Assembly: GCF_036321535.1 (NCBI RefSeq)
Contig: NC_087437.1
Location: 49,168,001-49,232,000 of the forward strand
Direction: 5' to 3'
Source: Camelus dromedarius
Lineage: Eukaryota
Length of the DNA stretch: 64,000 bases
The notes beneath the pieces are model-generated. The model was not told the DNA's origin and made no database searches. It worked only from the letters and a program-made list of their open reading frames with translations. Made by a program: the position numbers and the translations under genes. Position 1 is the first letter of the stretch. The number at the start of each line of letters is the position of its first letter. This document shows, one piece after another, positions 47,041 to 61,097 of this stretch.

Positions 47041-49169
47041 TTTTGTACTCTTTCTTAACATATAAATGATGAAATCAGCACCATAATATGCTTTCTTCAC
47101 TCTTAGAAAAAGCAAATAAATATTGATTAACTGTACTCAAGCAATTTAAATTAGGCAGTCAATTTTGAAGTGCTCCAAATCTTGCCTATTTGTGTTCATG
47201 CCGTGGTGAGCTGGCATTAATAATATGCCTGGGTAAATTCCCGCAGCATTTGGTAGTTTGAAACATCCAACGTACAGGTGGGAGGATGTGTATAGCAAAG
47301 AAGTAACAGAAAATCTCTTTCTTTTCTTTCCAATTGAACTTATTGTGACATGTAGGGAATTCATTCTGAAAGATGGTGGTTTTCTTAAATGGTGGCTAAT
47401 TCTGATGCATCTGCAAACACTTGACTCATTGGGTACCCAAGCTCTTCTGCAGTTGTGTGTGCAGAAGGGGACGTTATTGCTGAATTAGAGGAATTAGAAG
47501 CAACCTACACTCACTGTGTCACACGCTCAGGCCCCCTCGCAGCACAGGAAGGCTTCTTTGCACTCTTTTTCCAGTTAATAGCTCCTTTGCTTAATCAAAT
47601 ACATTTTCCTGGTTCAATTTTTTCCTAGCAAAACTTTTTTTTCTTTTTCATTGCGCCCTGTGTTTTGTTTTTTGAGGAATCTTTATCAAAACTAATCTCA
47701 ACTCTGACCCCCCCCCACGATTACTAAGCAGCATTATAATAACAGGTCTTATTGGCTATTCCACATTGTGCTGAAAGCACAAGGCCTTGTTTAATTGTTT
47801 ATATCAAGGGCTGTGTGTGGAAAAATCCTCAGCTCGTGTAGTGAGGCTACAGTGGGGTAGAAAGTCACTTCATTCAAGGGATAACCAAGGCTATCAAAGG
47901 ATTGGTGCTTTGTTTCTATGTAATGTCTTAAAAGAATGTGTGCCCTCAGCTAAGACAAAGAACATTTATTAAACTGACTTCTTGCACATTTCATTATTAT
48001 AAGCCTTCAAGGGAGTCATAGCCTAAGCAACAACTTGGCCAAATGGAGACAAATGATCAGTTAAATCCAATTGGAGACAGCTTCATAGGTTTTATATTAT
48101 TTTCTCCTAGTAGGTAGAGTGCATTTTTATGGTCAATGTAGACATTTGGGTTCAATCAGAAATTACATTCCTGAGAACATCCTGGAATGCACTGTATGTT
48201 AGGATTTTAGAATGCATATTAATGTCTTCCTAAGTGTCCACAGGTTTGTGCCCTTTTCACTTGACAGCTGCCACAGGAAACTCCTTTCTGAGGCAGCTCT
48301 CTAGAAATGATTTCTGGGGTGCTGAAGTACTCTCTCAAATCCCCACCCAAGAATATGCTACCCACAGATTTTACCCCTGAGCTGAGAATTCCCACCATTA
48401 GTCAGTTCTCTGATCGTGGAGACCCTTGTCCCTGGATGAAGTGGCTCATTAAGATCCACTGCATCTGCCATTGTAAAACTGATACATTTAAGACATCTCT
48501 AGACTTGCTATAAAATTCCCTATCTCTGTACCTAGGAAGACATTTGGAATATTCTTAGATCTCTCTGCCCCTTGTCCAATTGCTTCTCAAAATCAAAGAT
48601 CTGACTCAAATGTTATATTTCCCATAAACATCGTCAGTGACTGCCCCAGCCCAAAGCACTGCCTACCCATATTAACGCCTATGGTACATATTTATGCCTC
48701 CACTAATTCATCATTAAGTGAAGACTAGGAAGTTAGAAAAATGTTGAAAATGGGTAAATAAATATGAACATTTGCCCTTAGGTCACATCCTCCAGGGCAG
48801 CTTTTCTCAAAGTATGACCCAAGGAGGCATATGCAGTGATTTTGAATGCTGCATGGATTATGTTTAAATTTCAATTATTATTTAATTACTTTTATATTTA
48901 ATGTCTAATTACATTTATTACATTTAGTGTAATAATTACAGTTTATTAAATTTATCATCTACATGGTTTCTCAATCATGGGAGTCATATAGAAGTTTTTT
49001 AAAAATAAGTGTATTTAACTAAAAAAGAAACAAGAAGAGTTAATGAGAAGCTTATTTAAATTATAATAACACAGGCAATACATAGATAGAGGAGAGAAAA
49101 AAACAAAAGCAAAAAGCCACGAAGTAGGTAAAATAGGTGAAAGGTATTCATATTTCATATGAATTTCGT

Positions 49170-50035
49170 AGGTCTGTGGATTGTACCAATGTCAATTTCC
49201 AGATTTTGATATTGAACTATAGTTATCAAAGATGTTACCGTTGGGGGAAACTGGATGGAAAAAAGGTACATGATACCTCTGTGTACTATTTTTGTAACAT
49301 TCTGTGAACAACCTATAATTATTTTAAAATAAAAAGTAAATAAAAAAGAAAACTATTTTGCTAAATGTGATAACTAGGGTGAATCTTAAGGGTGTTATAC
49401 TGAGTGGGAAAAAAAAAATCTCATCTCAGTTACCTACTGTATGATTCCATTTATAGGAGGCTGTGTATTGCCTGGTAAATGAAAATGTTGCCAGAGGAAT
49501 TCACAGAAATTTAACCCTAAATTCCCCCTAAGATAATTGATTCAGTATTTGTAATTCAGTGTTTGCAGTGACTTGATGGAATATAACTATTATGAATAAC
49601 ATGAATTAACTGTATATAATTCTCACAATAGCAGAATTATATAGATAGCAAATAAATTAGTAGTTGTCAAAGGATAGGGATGAGGAGGATGGTGATGAAG
49701 GGGTAGGCTATAAAAGATTTCCAGAGGGGAGTTTTGTGTAAGAGAATAGTCTTGTTTATGGATTATGGTGGCGATTACACAAATCTGTACATGGGATCAA
49801 ATTGCATGGAAGTACACACATGTGTGAGTGTGTGTGTGTGAAGATAAAACTGTGAATTCTGAACAAGGCAAAATATAGTTAGCAGCATTATACAAATATC
49901 AATTTCCCACTTTAGGTACCGTACCACAGTTATATAAAATGTAACCATTAGGAGAAGCTGGGTAAAGGATACGTTGGACTTTTGTACTATTTCTGCAACT
50001 TCCTATAGTTCATAATTATTTCAAAATATTTAAAG
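49170..50035 (+). mobile_element. Two tandem L1MC/L1MD-class 3' UTR ends
   Basis: gtaccaatgtcaatttcc..gatgttaccgttgggggaaactgg..aaaataaaaagt at 49185-49340, and a second copy at 49890-50030. Confidence 0.8.
49456..49612 (-). mobile_element. MER82-like Tigger MITE fragment inside an L1 3' UTR
   Basis: gaaaatgttgccagagg..taaccctaaattccccct..ttcagtatttgtaattcagtgtttgcagtgact..gaataacatgaattaactg followed by TA. The host L1 reads attccatttata|tataattctc across it. Confidence 0.7.
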
Positions 50036-51159
50036 TCTACAAAAATATGTATAATACAACCATATATATAAAATTTAAGATTGATACCTACAATTTTAAT
50101 TAGGAAAAGTCCTAATTATAATTGCTGATCAATGTAAAAGTTTACAAAAAAATACCAAAATCATCTGGGATATCATTGTGTGCCAGGGACAAAAAGTATC
50201 TTTTAATTTAGACTTAGACTTGACTAAAGTTAATCTAACCAGGATTTAGATTTAAATTTTACTAAGTATAGAGATAACTTTTAATATGACATAAATGTAG
50301 CCCACATAGTATTTTTCTGTAAATTTGAAAATCAACTGTAAATATTTGATAGTTTACTTTCATATAATTTTAAAGTAATTTGGAATATGCAAAGTTCTCC
50401 CCACCCATTTATTCCTGGTAAAGCTTCTTTTTTGAAGAATTCAAGTTCTTTCAGCAGGACCAAGGGGAAAGGAAACTTTTATATGTGTAAAAATTTAGAG
50501 AGGGAGAGCAGGGTATCCTTAGAGACAAGGTTTGGAGGTAACAATGATCTTCTCAGTTTTAAGCACTGGAAATAAGCCAAGTAAGTGAAAATATAACAGC
50601 TTAAGGTGAGAGAAGGCATGGACAGTTTAGGCTTCTACCTTCCCTTCAAAGAAACTCTTCTGGTCTAGTGTCCTGGACTTCTTTAAAACTACCCCTACCT
50701 GATACAATGTTCTTACTCTCACTCTAAGAACTTGTCCCACCATGGCAGTTCTGTTTCTGGATTAGAAACAGGAAAATTGAATGACAAAATGGAGAGCTTC
50801 GCTCAGCCTCCTTCGTCTGTATGAAAGTAACAGGTTCAAGCTCTGAAGATGGATAGGGACAAGTGGGAGGAAGTATACTTACACAAATTGCTATGACTGA
50901 TCCCACAGCCACGATCTTATGCCCTTAAATTATCTGATAAATAGATCTATGGAAGCTTGGAGTGTTTATTAGACATCCTGGTATGTGACCAAGACCCTAG
51001 GTAGATAAAATCAAAAGGAGTGATGTCATAAATATGCTGAAATAAGTTTCCTACCATTGCCCCACCAAGGAACATCAATTCAGACATCACCCATGGCTGA
51101 GAGAGTTTTTGTAGGAGTTCAGGTGTCCAGTGAAGAAGTTCCAGCACACACATGGAGCA

Positions 51160-51680
51160 GTTATGATCTAGCAATTCTGTTCATGTTCACAAAATGTATA
51201 TGGGACCATTAATAGCAGCCTTATTCATAGTATTCCCAGTTTAAAAAAAAGAAAAGAAATATTCACCAGTGGAAAAATAGATAAGCAATAGATAGATGGT
51301 ATGTTCATACAATTGAATACTATTCAATGATAAAAAGAAAACAACTACTGATAAATCCAACAACATGAGTGAATCACAGAAGTTCATGGTTGAGTGAAAA
51401 AAGCCAAACACAAAAGGTTCATGTTACATGATTCTTTTAATAAGAAATTCTAGAAGAGATAGATTAATCTATGGTGATAGAAATAAGAATAGCAGTTGGC
51501 TCTCGTGGAGAGGGTTGACTGGAAGGAGGCATAAGAGAAACTTATGGGATTCTGGAATGTCCTTTATCTTGAATCTGGTGATGGTTATATGTGTATATAC
51601 CTTTGTCTAAATTAATTAAACACTTAAGATCTGTGCATTTGGCTGTGTGTAAATTATACCTGAATAAAATGAAAAAAAGA
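51160..51680 (+). mobile_element. Ancient L1 (L1ME/L1MD-class) 3' end
   Basis: ttgagtgaaaaaagccaaacacaaaag..ttaatctatggtgatagaaataagaatag..cacttaagatctgtgcattt..aaattatacctgaataaaa. Confidence 0.8.
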
Positions 51681-52559
51681 CAAGGGAAAAGAAAAATATG
51701 TATGTTTATATAATTCATTACTAAATTCTAGATAGTATCAACATGATAGAGGTGGTGTATGGGATAAGATTAAGAGACATGGTAATATACTGAAGTATTG
51801 TTCAGGGACAGATATATAGATATTGATAAGACTTGTGAAATCAACAGGGGTAAGTAAACATAAGTAACCAAAATAAGACTAAAAATAGCATGTAAAATGT
51901 TTAAATCATCAGAAAAAAATTAGTTTACCTTTTGGAAAGTAGGGAAAGAGAAGAAAAAGTACAATAAATGGGAAACTTGAAACAAGTTGGTAGAAATGAG
52001 AAACTATCATTGCAATAAGTGTAAATAGGTTAAACTCACCAATTAAAAGACAATGAAATGCAATCAAGAACATATACTCTTAGTGGACATCTCACTTCCC
52101 CAGAAAACACAGAGAAGGAGCTAGACTTATCACACCCAATCTCTCCCAAACTAAAAAGTGTACTTTCATGAAGGAATTTTCCTCCTCTGCTGAGGCTGGA
52201 CCCCAGAAAAGGGCAGGATTAATTGGGGGCAGAAAAAAAAAAAGATGACATTTATTGACTCCAGTGTTTCCAACAGTTTAGCTTATGTTTCTGTTTACAA
52301 TATATAAAATGATTTAAAATTTTAGTTTTGAGTTGAGAAGAGTTTTATTAATATTATAAATATTATTGCAACATTTAATAAAGCTTAAGATTCATATATT
52401 TAAAGTTTTAATATAATAGACTTATAGATTGTTTAAGTATTAGCAAAGATTTGTTAAACAATCAAAATATTTAAATATTAATTTCATCTTCAATATATAA
52501 CAGTAAATATATAAATGCTATAAAGCTTCAGGAAATTTTATTTAAGTTATTAAACTTTT

Positions 52560-52962
52560 TTTGTTATATATATTTTTCAGATTATTTTCTGGTTATTACA
52601 TTTTATTACAGATTATTATCATAGGTTATTATAAGATAATAAGTATAGTTTCCTATACTATACAATAAATCCTTGTTGCTTATCTATTTTATGTGTAGTA
52701 GTTTGTTAATCTCATACTCTTAATTTATCCCTTCATCCCTCCCTTTCCCCTTTGGTAGCCATGATTTTGCTTTCTATGTCTGTGAGTCTATTTTTGTTGT
52801 GTATATAGATTCTTGTTTTATTTTTAGATTCCACATCTAAGTGATATCATATAATTGTCTTTCTCTGTCCGACTTACTTCACTTAGTATGATATTCTCTC
52901 GGTCCATCTGTGTTGCTGCAAATGGCAGTATCTCATTCTTTTCTATGTCTGAGCAATATTCC

Positions 52963-53016
<54 letters not shown>

Positions 53017-53627
53017 CCTCATCTTCTTAAACCAATCATCCTTTGGTGGGTATTTTGTGTTGTTTCCATGTCTTGGCTGTTGTAAATAGTGCTACTGTGG
53101 ACATTGGGGTGCATGTATCTTTTCAAATTAGAGTTTTTGTCTTTTTGGGATATACGCCTAAGAGTGGGGTTGCTCTATTTTTTGTTTTTAAAGTCACATC
53201 CATACTGTTCTCCATGGTGGCTGCACCAATTTACATTCCCACTAGCAGTGTAGAAGGGTTCCCTTTTCTCCACACCCAGCATTTATTTATAGACTTTTTG
53301 ATGATGGCTGTTCTGACTGGTGTGAAGTGATACCTCATTGTGTTTTTGATTTACATTTCTCTAAAAATTAGTGTTGTTGAGCATCTTTTTTTGTGCTTGT
53401 TGGCCATCTGTATGTCTTCTTTGGAGAAATGTCTTTTTAGGTCTTCTACCTGTTTTTGATTTTTTTTTTTTATATTGAGCTGTATGAACTGTTTGTATAT
53501 TTTGGAAATTAACCCCTTGTCAATTGCATCATTTGCAAATATTTTCTCCCATTCTGTAGATTGTATTTTTGTTTTGTTTGTAGTTTCCTTTGCTGTGCAA
53601 AATCTTTTAAGTTTGATTAGGTTCCAA
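52560..53627 (-). mobile_element. Young camelid L1, 5'-truncated
   Basis: ttagattccacatctaagtgatatcata..ggccatctgtatgtcttctttggagaaatgtc..gctgtgcaaaatcttttaagtttgattagg; homologous to the 21690 and 24875 copies. Confidence 0.92.
52965..53016. repeat. (TG)23 followed by CGCGCA microsatellite
   Basis: Read directly from the sequence; lies within the L1. Confidence 0.95.
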
Positions 53628-54129
53628 CTGCTAAATACTTTTAAAAGTGATAAAGATATATCAATAGAAAATTAAGACTTGAAGTCAAATGTAAAAGCTT
53701 AAGGAAAAACTGGGTTTATGAATGTGACTTTGATAAATGGAATATTAATATTTTTAAAAGTAGCCCCGAATATTCCCTTTTGTGTGTCCTCAGGAATACC
53801 TAAATCTCATGTTTATATTGTAGGATATAGATACTCATTTCATTGCTATATAAGCATTACAAAAATTTTATGACACTGTGGATTAACATAGGAAAATTAT
53901 GATAATAAAAAGCAGGAAACAAAATAACATAACTTAAATATGATGTATAGCAGATAAAGTAGAACCTCATTTATTTGAAATACTCTATAATTTATATTGA
54001 TTTACAAGCACATCAACAAATTTTCTAAGAATTAAGAAAGATGCCTTCTCTGCTTCTTTTCAGTAAGAAGGTACACAGGCCCAGAAAACAGAGTTTTGAG
54101 GACACTTTGTCCCTTGCCCTCTTCTTGAA

Positions 54130-54310
54130 ATGAGCATGAGTTTGGTGTCAAACCGAGTTTGAATCCTAGCTCTGACTCTTACCAGCCATTTTGCTTTAGT
54201 GAAAATCACTCAGCTACTCAGAACCTCCTCTCTTTCCTTTTCTATAAAATGAAAATAATAATACCAGCCCATATGAAAGTATTTGTTACATAGTAGGTAC
54301 TTTATTAAAG
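54130..54310 (+). mobile_element. MIR SINE
   Basis: gagtttggtgtcaaaccgagtttgaatcctagctctgactcttaccagc..ctataaaatgaaaataataatacc. Confidence 0.8.
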
Positions 54311-56959
54311 CAGTTCCCCCGCCCTCCCCCTACACTTATGGATATTGTGAATCTTGTGCCTGGCCATGCTTCCCCTTTGCTTGTGGCCTAGGACAGCACC
54401 CCTGGTGACTCAGGTAAAGTAGGTTATGCATTTCTGTGTGTACATCTCACCCTTGATCTTACTATTGTTCAATCTTTATTCTTCCTTTGCCTTACCATTC
54501 TCTGGTAAATGTTGTTTCTCTCACAGTATGTTCATGTTTGGAGCCACCTTAAATCCTTTGTAAAAGGTGTTGGGTAGAAGGTACTGAATAAGTGTGGCTG
54601 GATCCTCTTCCCTTCACCATGACCAGACCCCAACAAGAGAGCTTCCTCTCCCTGTTACTGCAGTGGACAGGTCTCTCTGGGTTTATGAGGCCCCACTCTG
54701 CCCTAAACAGACCCAGAGCTCCATTTAGAGTAGGTCTAGTAAAGAAGTGGCAGCTAGAATCATCTAATACATTCAGCACTTGATTCCTCAAGTGACTGTT
54801 AGCTGCTCTGTATAAAGTTCACAGCGAATTCTTAATCCTCAATCAGCTTTCACCTGTCATCTAGCTGTTTTCTGCTTAGGAAATTAAAGTTATGTTTGTG
54901 AGTAACTAAGCAAAAATACAAATAGGAAGGAGATCTGTATTTTAAAGTGTATGATGCACTTCAAGAATGTGTCCCAGATTGTAACCTAATTTTTTGGTTC
55001 AATCTTAGCATTAACGGTGATATATTATTACAATTATTGGTCAGGTATTTCTCTTTTTTTTCATTTGAAAAGTGCTGGCATTGAAGGTGAGAGAGAACTC
55101 ATATTTCCTAAAGTTTAAGAGTGGGAAAAAAGCCATATGCATATAACTATGAAAATACTTTCTGTTATTCTCAATGAGACCAGGATATGTGTGTACTGTG
55201 TATATGTTTAAAATCCATCCACCTGGTCAAAATGCTTTCAAAAGAGAAAGAATAGCTGATGCCTCTTGTTCAGACTAGAAAGTATTGTGATTACACTGAA
55301 AAGCATAGGCCCTCTTGAAGTTTAGTTTTTTACCTCCTTTATTTGAGTATAAAGCAAAAAAGGAGGTTTCTCTGAGATGTTCTAATAGAAGCTTTTGAAT
55401 GATCGGCAGAGGTAGCATTGAGGTGAATGGACTCCATCAAGATTTGCCAGAAGTATGAAATAATTATCGAAAGGATTCCATTAGAGACGAAAGCTACCTA
55501 GACTAATAGAGACAGAAAAGGCTGACCCTTTTCAGGCTCTTAACTTTCTCTAATGGATGGTCTTAAGTTGAAATCAAGACTCAACTGGATCGTTGATTCT
55601 TAAAAGAAAAATATTGAGCATAGTGGCATATAAGCAAAAGCTGGAAAAATTATAGATTTATCTTTTAGTTAAAGCTAGAAATGAAAGTATTTTAATTATT
55701 GGCTGATTTTTAAAAAAATTTTGAACTCGGAGGAATGGAGGCTGAATGATAGAATATATTTTCATGAGGTAAATATTAGTTTTAATAAAGAAATGAAAGA
55801 TGTCTTCAATACAATATGATTGTCAATGAAAAGGAATCTACAGAGTTTTAAAAGATAGTTGCCATTATGTGTTACCTATTAGGGAATGCATAGTATTCTT
55901 TGGCCAGTAACTGACCTATGTGTCATATCTGGCACTTTTCTCCGGGAAGATCATGGTAATGCTTCTCCCACACAGAGTCTTGGAATGTATATTTTGCAGT
56001 ACACACTTCAGTAGCCAACATGTAACACACACAGCACAGACACACATATGCATACATGCACACACATGCACACATACCTAGCTAGAGTAAAATGGGTCAA
56101 ATGCCTGAAATTATCTAAAATTTCCTGTTTGTTGAAAGCAGCAACTGACGCCTTTGCCTCTAGTTATTCCAAACCACTTCATTGCAGCTGGATAGAAATG
56201 TTCTGAGTGTCAGATTGGTAATTAAGTGGCCCGTTATGGAGAGAAAATTGCTAATAATAAATAAAGGTACTGCTGTTGTCTGAGTGTAGGGTCAGCTGAA
56301 GTCAAGAATGTCAAGGAGAGAAGTGAAATTGTGGATGAAGCATTTTGGTTGTCATTTAAGTTAATATTAGGTTGCTCCTGATAAGCAAGATGGGCTGATG
56401 TGGCCAGTAATATGAAAGTGAAAGTAAAGAACCTATTTTAAAATCTCAAACAATGCACTAGGATGAATAAAAAAATTCTGTATCATGAAAGTGGGCATGC
56501 TGGTATACTCAATATGTGATTGAATGCTAGATCAATAGTAAGTTGTATCAGTACTCAAACTAATATTCTGAGAGAATACAGGAAAACTGAGAGTAAAGTT
56601 AATGAATCTTTCCTGCAAATCATACACAATTGATGTAATTTTACACTGAGGATTATAAATAATTCCATTATAATGACTCTGGACACATTTCTATCAAGGT
56701 TTTCTAATTTATCTCATTGAAAACTATAAATGTTTTAAATTATCAAATAAAGTTATTGTTTAACCAATAAATAAATATTGATTAAGTAAATCAATACCTA
56801 CAAACAGAAATATATAAGATGGAGTGAAATCATATTTATTTGGACTTTTATTAATAAGTAAGAAATAAATTATAATATAATATAACAACTTCTCCTAAAT
56901 ATAATGTGACTAAATATTACTCTGAGTATTTCAACTTCAGAGTAACTTTTGCATCATAT

Positions 56960-57185
56960 CTCTAATAGTTGTACAGTTACACTTTTCAAAACAAGCTTTC
57001 ATATATATTTTTTCAATCCTTTTTTAACAATTCTACAAAGTAGATGGGACAAATATTGTTATTAATTTTGTTCTACAGATGAGAATATTGAGATTGAGAA
57101 GGTTCAAGGAAGTGATTTATCTAAAGTCACATAACAGCAAAGTGGTGGAGTCTGGAACTGAATCTGTCTTCTGATGACTCCAAAA
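56960..57185 (-). mobile_element. MIR SINE
   Basis: tacagatgagaatattgagattgagaagg..aagtgatttatctaaagtcacataacagcaaagtggtggagtctggaactgaa. Confidence 0.8.
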
Positions 57186-60100
57186 AGTGTAGGGTGTGGG
57201 TGTGGGTGTGGGCAGGGTGGGTGGTTATTGTGATTACTCTTCATAGTTGAAGGTGCTCCTGCTGATGGCCCTTGTGATAGACTGATTACTCAGTAACAGA
57301 AGGTTCAGGAGAGGGAGAGAAGTTAAAAGATATATATATGGGTCCAGTTCATATGGTGCTTGTTTGATGACTGTTTGGTGAGTGTTGACTTGTAAGGTGT
57401 TTTCATGTTTTGTGACTCACTTGTATGCCTTGCAGACTACATGACATCTTTGTTCAAAAAAGTGACACTACATTACAGAAAATGAAAATCGTCATCCAAG
57501 TAGTATCAGCTAATGAGGCTTAAGCTGTTTGCAGGAGAGCATCATCACAAGTATGGTCTTCGGGAGCATGCCACAGTCTGAAACAAAACTAGAATGGAGG
57601 ATGATAGCACTTAATAATATTAGGAGCTTTATAGTAAAGCTGTTGAAGTAATACATATATTGGCATTAAAAATGAGGTTGGAAGATTTATTGTGATTTTT
57701 ATTTGCTTAAAAATCTCTTACTTTTATATTGAACTCATGAATAGGAAATATCCTCTGTATTGTACTATATCTAGAAATGTCTGCATGGACTTTTAATTAT
57801 GGAAAGTACAATTATTTCTTGATTCTATATAGTGAAATTTTATAATATTCAGATTAATGTGTCTTAATGGGCTAGAGCAATTCATAATGACCTCTGAGAA
57901 ATTTCCTGAGAGGTGAATAAATCAATGATTCTGAAACGCTCTCTACAGATTTGACCCTTGCCATGAAAGAGTGACCCAAGCTAGGTGCCCAGCAGCATCT
58001 CTCTGTCATCAGAGTTCATATATTTATCAAAGATCTTAGAATATGGATAGGAAAAATATTGAAATGCCTACTCGATTTCCTGCATTACAGTTTGGTGAAT
58101 GGATTCCCCCTCTCCACCCCCTAGGATGTTTACAATGATAATCTGCTTATAAAGCCAACTCTAATAGACTTAGAACATTTAAATATTGCATACTTCATTT
58201 ATTGACAGAATTGATCAAGTCCAAGTGTTATTTTTGACTTTACAGACATTACTGATGAATAATTTGGAAGGAAGAACACTAGAGTATGAATGTTCTAGAA
58301 ATGCTGAAACATTTTCAATATATATCAAATATAAATTCCATTAATTATGCATTTACATTATGCTCTTCTCAGTATGTATTTCAGGTTTCCAAATAACTGT
58401 CATATGCTGAATGGCTAGCCCAGCTGGAGTGAGTGGGCTGAGATTAATGAAAATACACAGGGCAACAGGCCTGACAATAAGGAGCTTTTTTAAAATGAAG
58501 GGAGTTTTAGGTTTCCCAGAAATAAAAGGGAAAAAAGGATAATAGTACAGATTACAGATTCTGATAGTCCAAATGTCATGTCAATCATTAAATAACAATA
58601 TTTTCATAATAAATTAAACCAAGCTAACCTTATGGGTTAACTTTAGGGTACAGTGTTATGACATATATTATATATATACATATATATACACACATATATG
58701 TATGTGTATATATATTCTACATAATAAGAAAGGAGACGAAGTATTTGGCTTTTATATGAAATTAACACTGTCAGAATATTTTCAGAGCCAAGTGTTTTAA
58801 AATGTTGACATACTATTAGCTTTCACTGCCATTAAATATAGCCCAGTATGTTTAGAATATAGAGAAAATGTCCAGTTGAGGAGCTCTTGGAGAAATTCTG
58901 CCTATCCAGTCAGTTGCTCCTGAGACATGGTTCAAGGGCAAGCAGAAGAAGGGAGGAAGGTTCATTTAAGGTCAGATTGATAATAACAATAATTAATTTT
59001 GGAATTGGGTTTTCATCCCTTTCAAGTGGAAAAAAAGTGGTTCCTTGTTTTTTTATATTTCACATAAAGAGTAAAAAAAAATCTCCTAATATTATCAACA
59101 GCTTAACAGGTTCGGAGGTCTAAAGAAAGAGCTCATCCTCAAGTTAATAGCTTTACTGGCAATATCTTTAGCCGAAAAAGTTTTAAATGCGATTTACATG
59201 AAACAAATCAGTTTTAGGTTTCCAAATACATTTCAATCTGAAGCAGTTTGCAAAATCCAACTAAATATAGCCATCAAACATTTCATTTATTTGAGATGAG
59301 CATGTGCATTTGCAAATGAGTTTCCCTTTATAATAGAAAAATAAACACCAATTTTTATTTAGAATTTTATTTTCTTGTTTTTATACCTTAGGTCCTTGTT
59401 TCAGTTATTGTTGTTTTCTCTTTCACCTTGATTAAAGAACTAGTTTTATTTAGATTCTTTTTGTTAGTGATAAATCTCTGCCTCCCTCCAAAATCTACCC
59501 TGCCTGGTTGAAGTTACATAAACTCAACAGACAGTTAACTAAATGCATTTTTTCACTCCTCAGTTTTGTTTTGAGCAAACAGAAAAAGAGCTAACATCCA
59601 TTTGTTTTTCTTTTTGCTTGTATTTTGAGAGAATCAGTCAAATTATAGGTGTTTAACTGGAGATTGGGCCTTATTTATAACCATTGTGCACTAACAGCTC
59701 TTCATTTTGTGTCTACAGAGATATAGGTTACATAAATGTCAGCATGAAAATAATTTGAAGTTTCATTTCAAAATGTTGACGTATGGAGATTGGGGCTGTT
59801 ATTGTGCTGATAAGAAAATGAATGAAGTATTTCCCATGATAGATGAAAATCTTGCATAAGAACTTGAATTTCTGATTTTTCTTCAATTGTAGACATTAGC
59901 ATTTGGTACATAGACAATAGTCAGGCTATTCTCAAAAAAATGGATACTCTCCTCCTTATTTTCCAATGAGATGTTCAATGGAAGATGACATACTGCATCT
60001 CAGAAAGAATCAAATACTGGATGTCTGTTTGGGCTGGTACAAAATGAAGCCAATAAATTAGAAAAAAAAATGTTCCACACTTGCTTTCGAAATGTTAAGT

Positions 60101-60734
60101 CTCTAGTGTTTTACCATTGTTTGAAACATTTAAACATTTTGTCACATATTTAAATTACAGATGGGCCATTGAGTCATTTTCTTCATAGCACATCACCCAC
60201 TGTTTGTAAATTATCCATGAGCTTGGGACAAACAGCCATATGTGTGTGGGATTTAGAGGAAAGAAGTTCTTGTCTTCTGTTGCAGAAACTATTGCTTCTC
60301 TCTTACTTCATTCACTTGATTTAACACTTCAAAAACTGTTTTTTCCTGTGCATGATTTTCTGGCCTGTTTCGTACATCAAACAAGTAACGAGCAACATGT
60401 CGAATTAGGATTTAATATCAGATCTGGGCATAATTTTCTATGAAAAATAAAATGAGTATGTTTTTAAAGTTATTCTTGAAAAATGATAGCCAAAAGACTA
60501 AAAACAAATTTTTAGGCTAATGAAATTTTGAGGATGAAAATTTTCTAAGCCAGTAGGATAATAAGAATAAATTTGTCTGCTGACATATAGCAGTAAGTAG
60601 TATTATAGAATCAAAAAATTTAACCTTAAAGATGACTTATTTTCACACCCCTGTTTATAGATGAAGAAACCAAAAATTCCTGGAGTCAGCTGCCTTGTCC
60701 AATATTGTACCACAAGTGACCAGCAGAGTTACGT

Positions 60735-61097
60735 ATTTATTCATGAGTTCAACAAATATCTTTGGAAAACCTACTGTATTTTGAATATAGTAGAAGACCC
60801 AAAGATGAAAAAGATCTAGATCATATTTGATACTCATAAGAAATGTATAGGGTAGAGCTGAAAAACATACAGAAATAAATATACTATAAAGAGAATATGA
60901 TTTCTATTGTAAGCGTGATATAAATAAAAGGAATTCAAGATTTGAAATAAAAAGCAAAGTTTAGAACTCAGATGTTCTTTTTTCCTGCCTTATCTTTACC
61001 TTCACTAGAGTATAAGCTCCATGAAGGCAGGGACCTTACCATGCCTGATAAAGTGTTTGGCATACAGTCAATGCTCAATGAATGAATGATTGAATGT
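60735..61097. mobile_element. Two L2 3' ends in opposite orientation (about 60735-60920 minus; 60995-61097 plus)
   Basis: ttcaacaaatatctttggaaaacctactgtat (antisense), and cactagagtataagctccatgaaggcagggacc..gctcaatgaatgaatgattgaatg (sense). Confidence 0.75.

Noticed and set aside
57410..57560. Possible exon after ccttgcag (LHDIFVQKSDTTLQKMKIVIQVVSANEA*)
   Set aside because: No convincing donor site and the peptide is not recognised.
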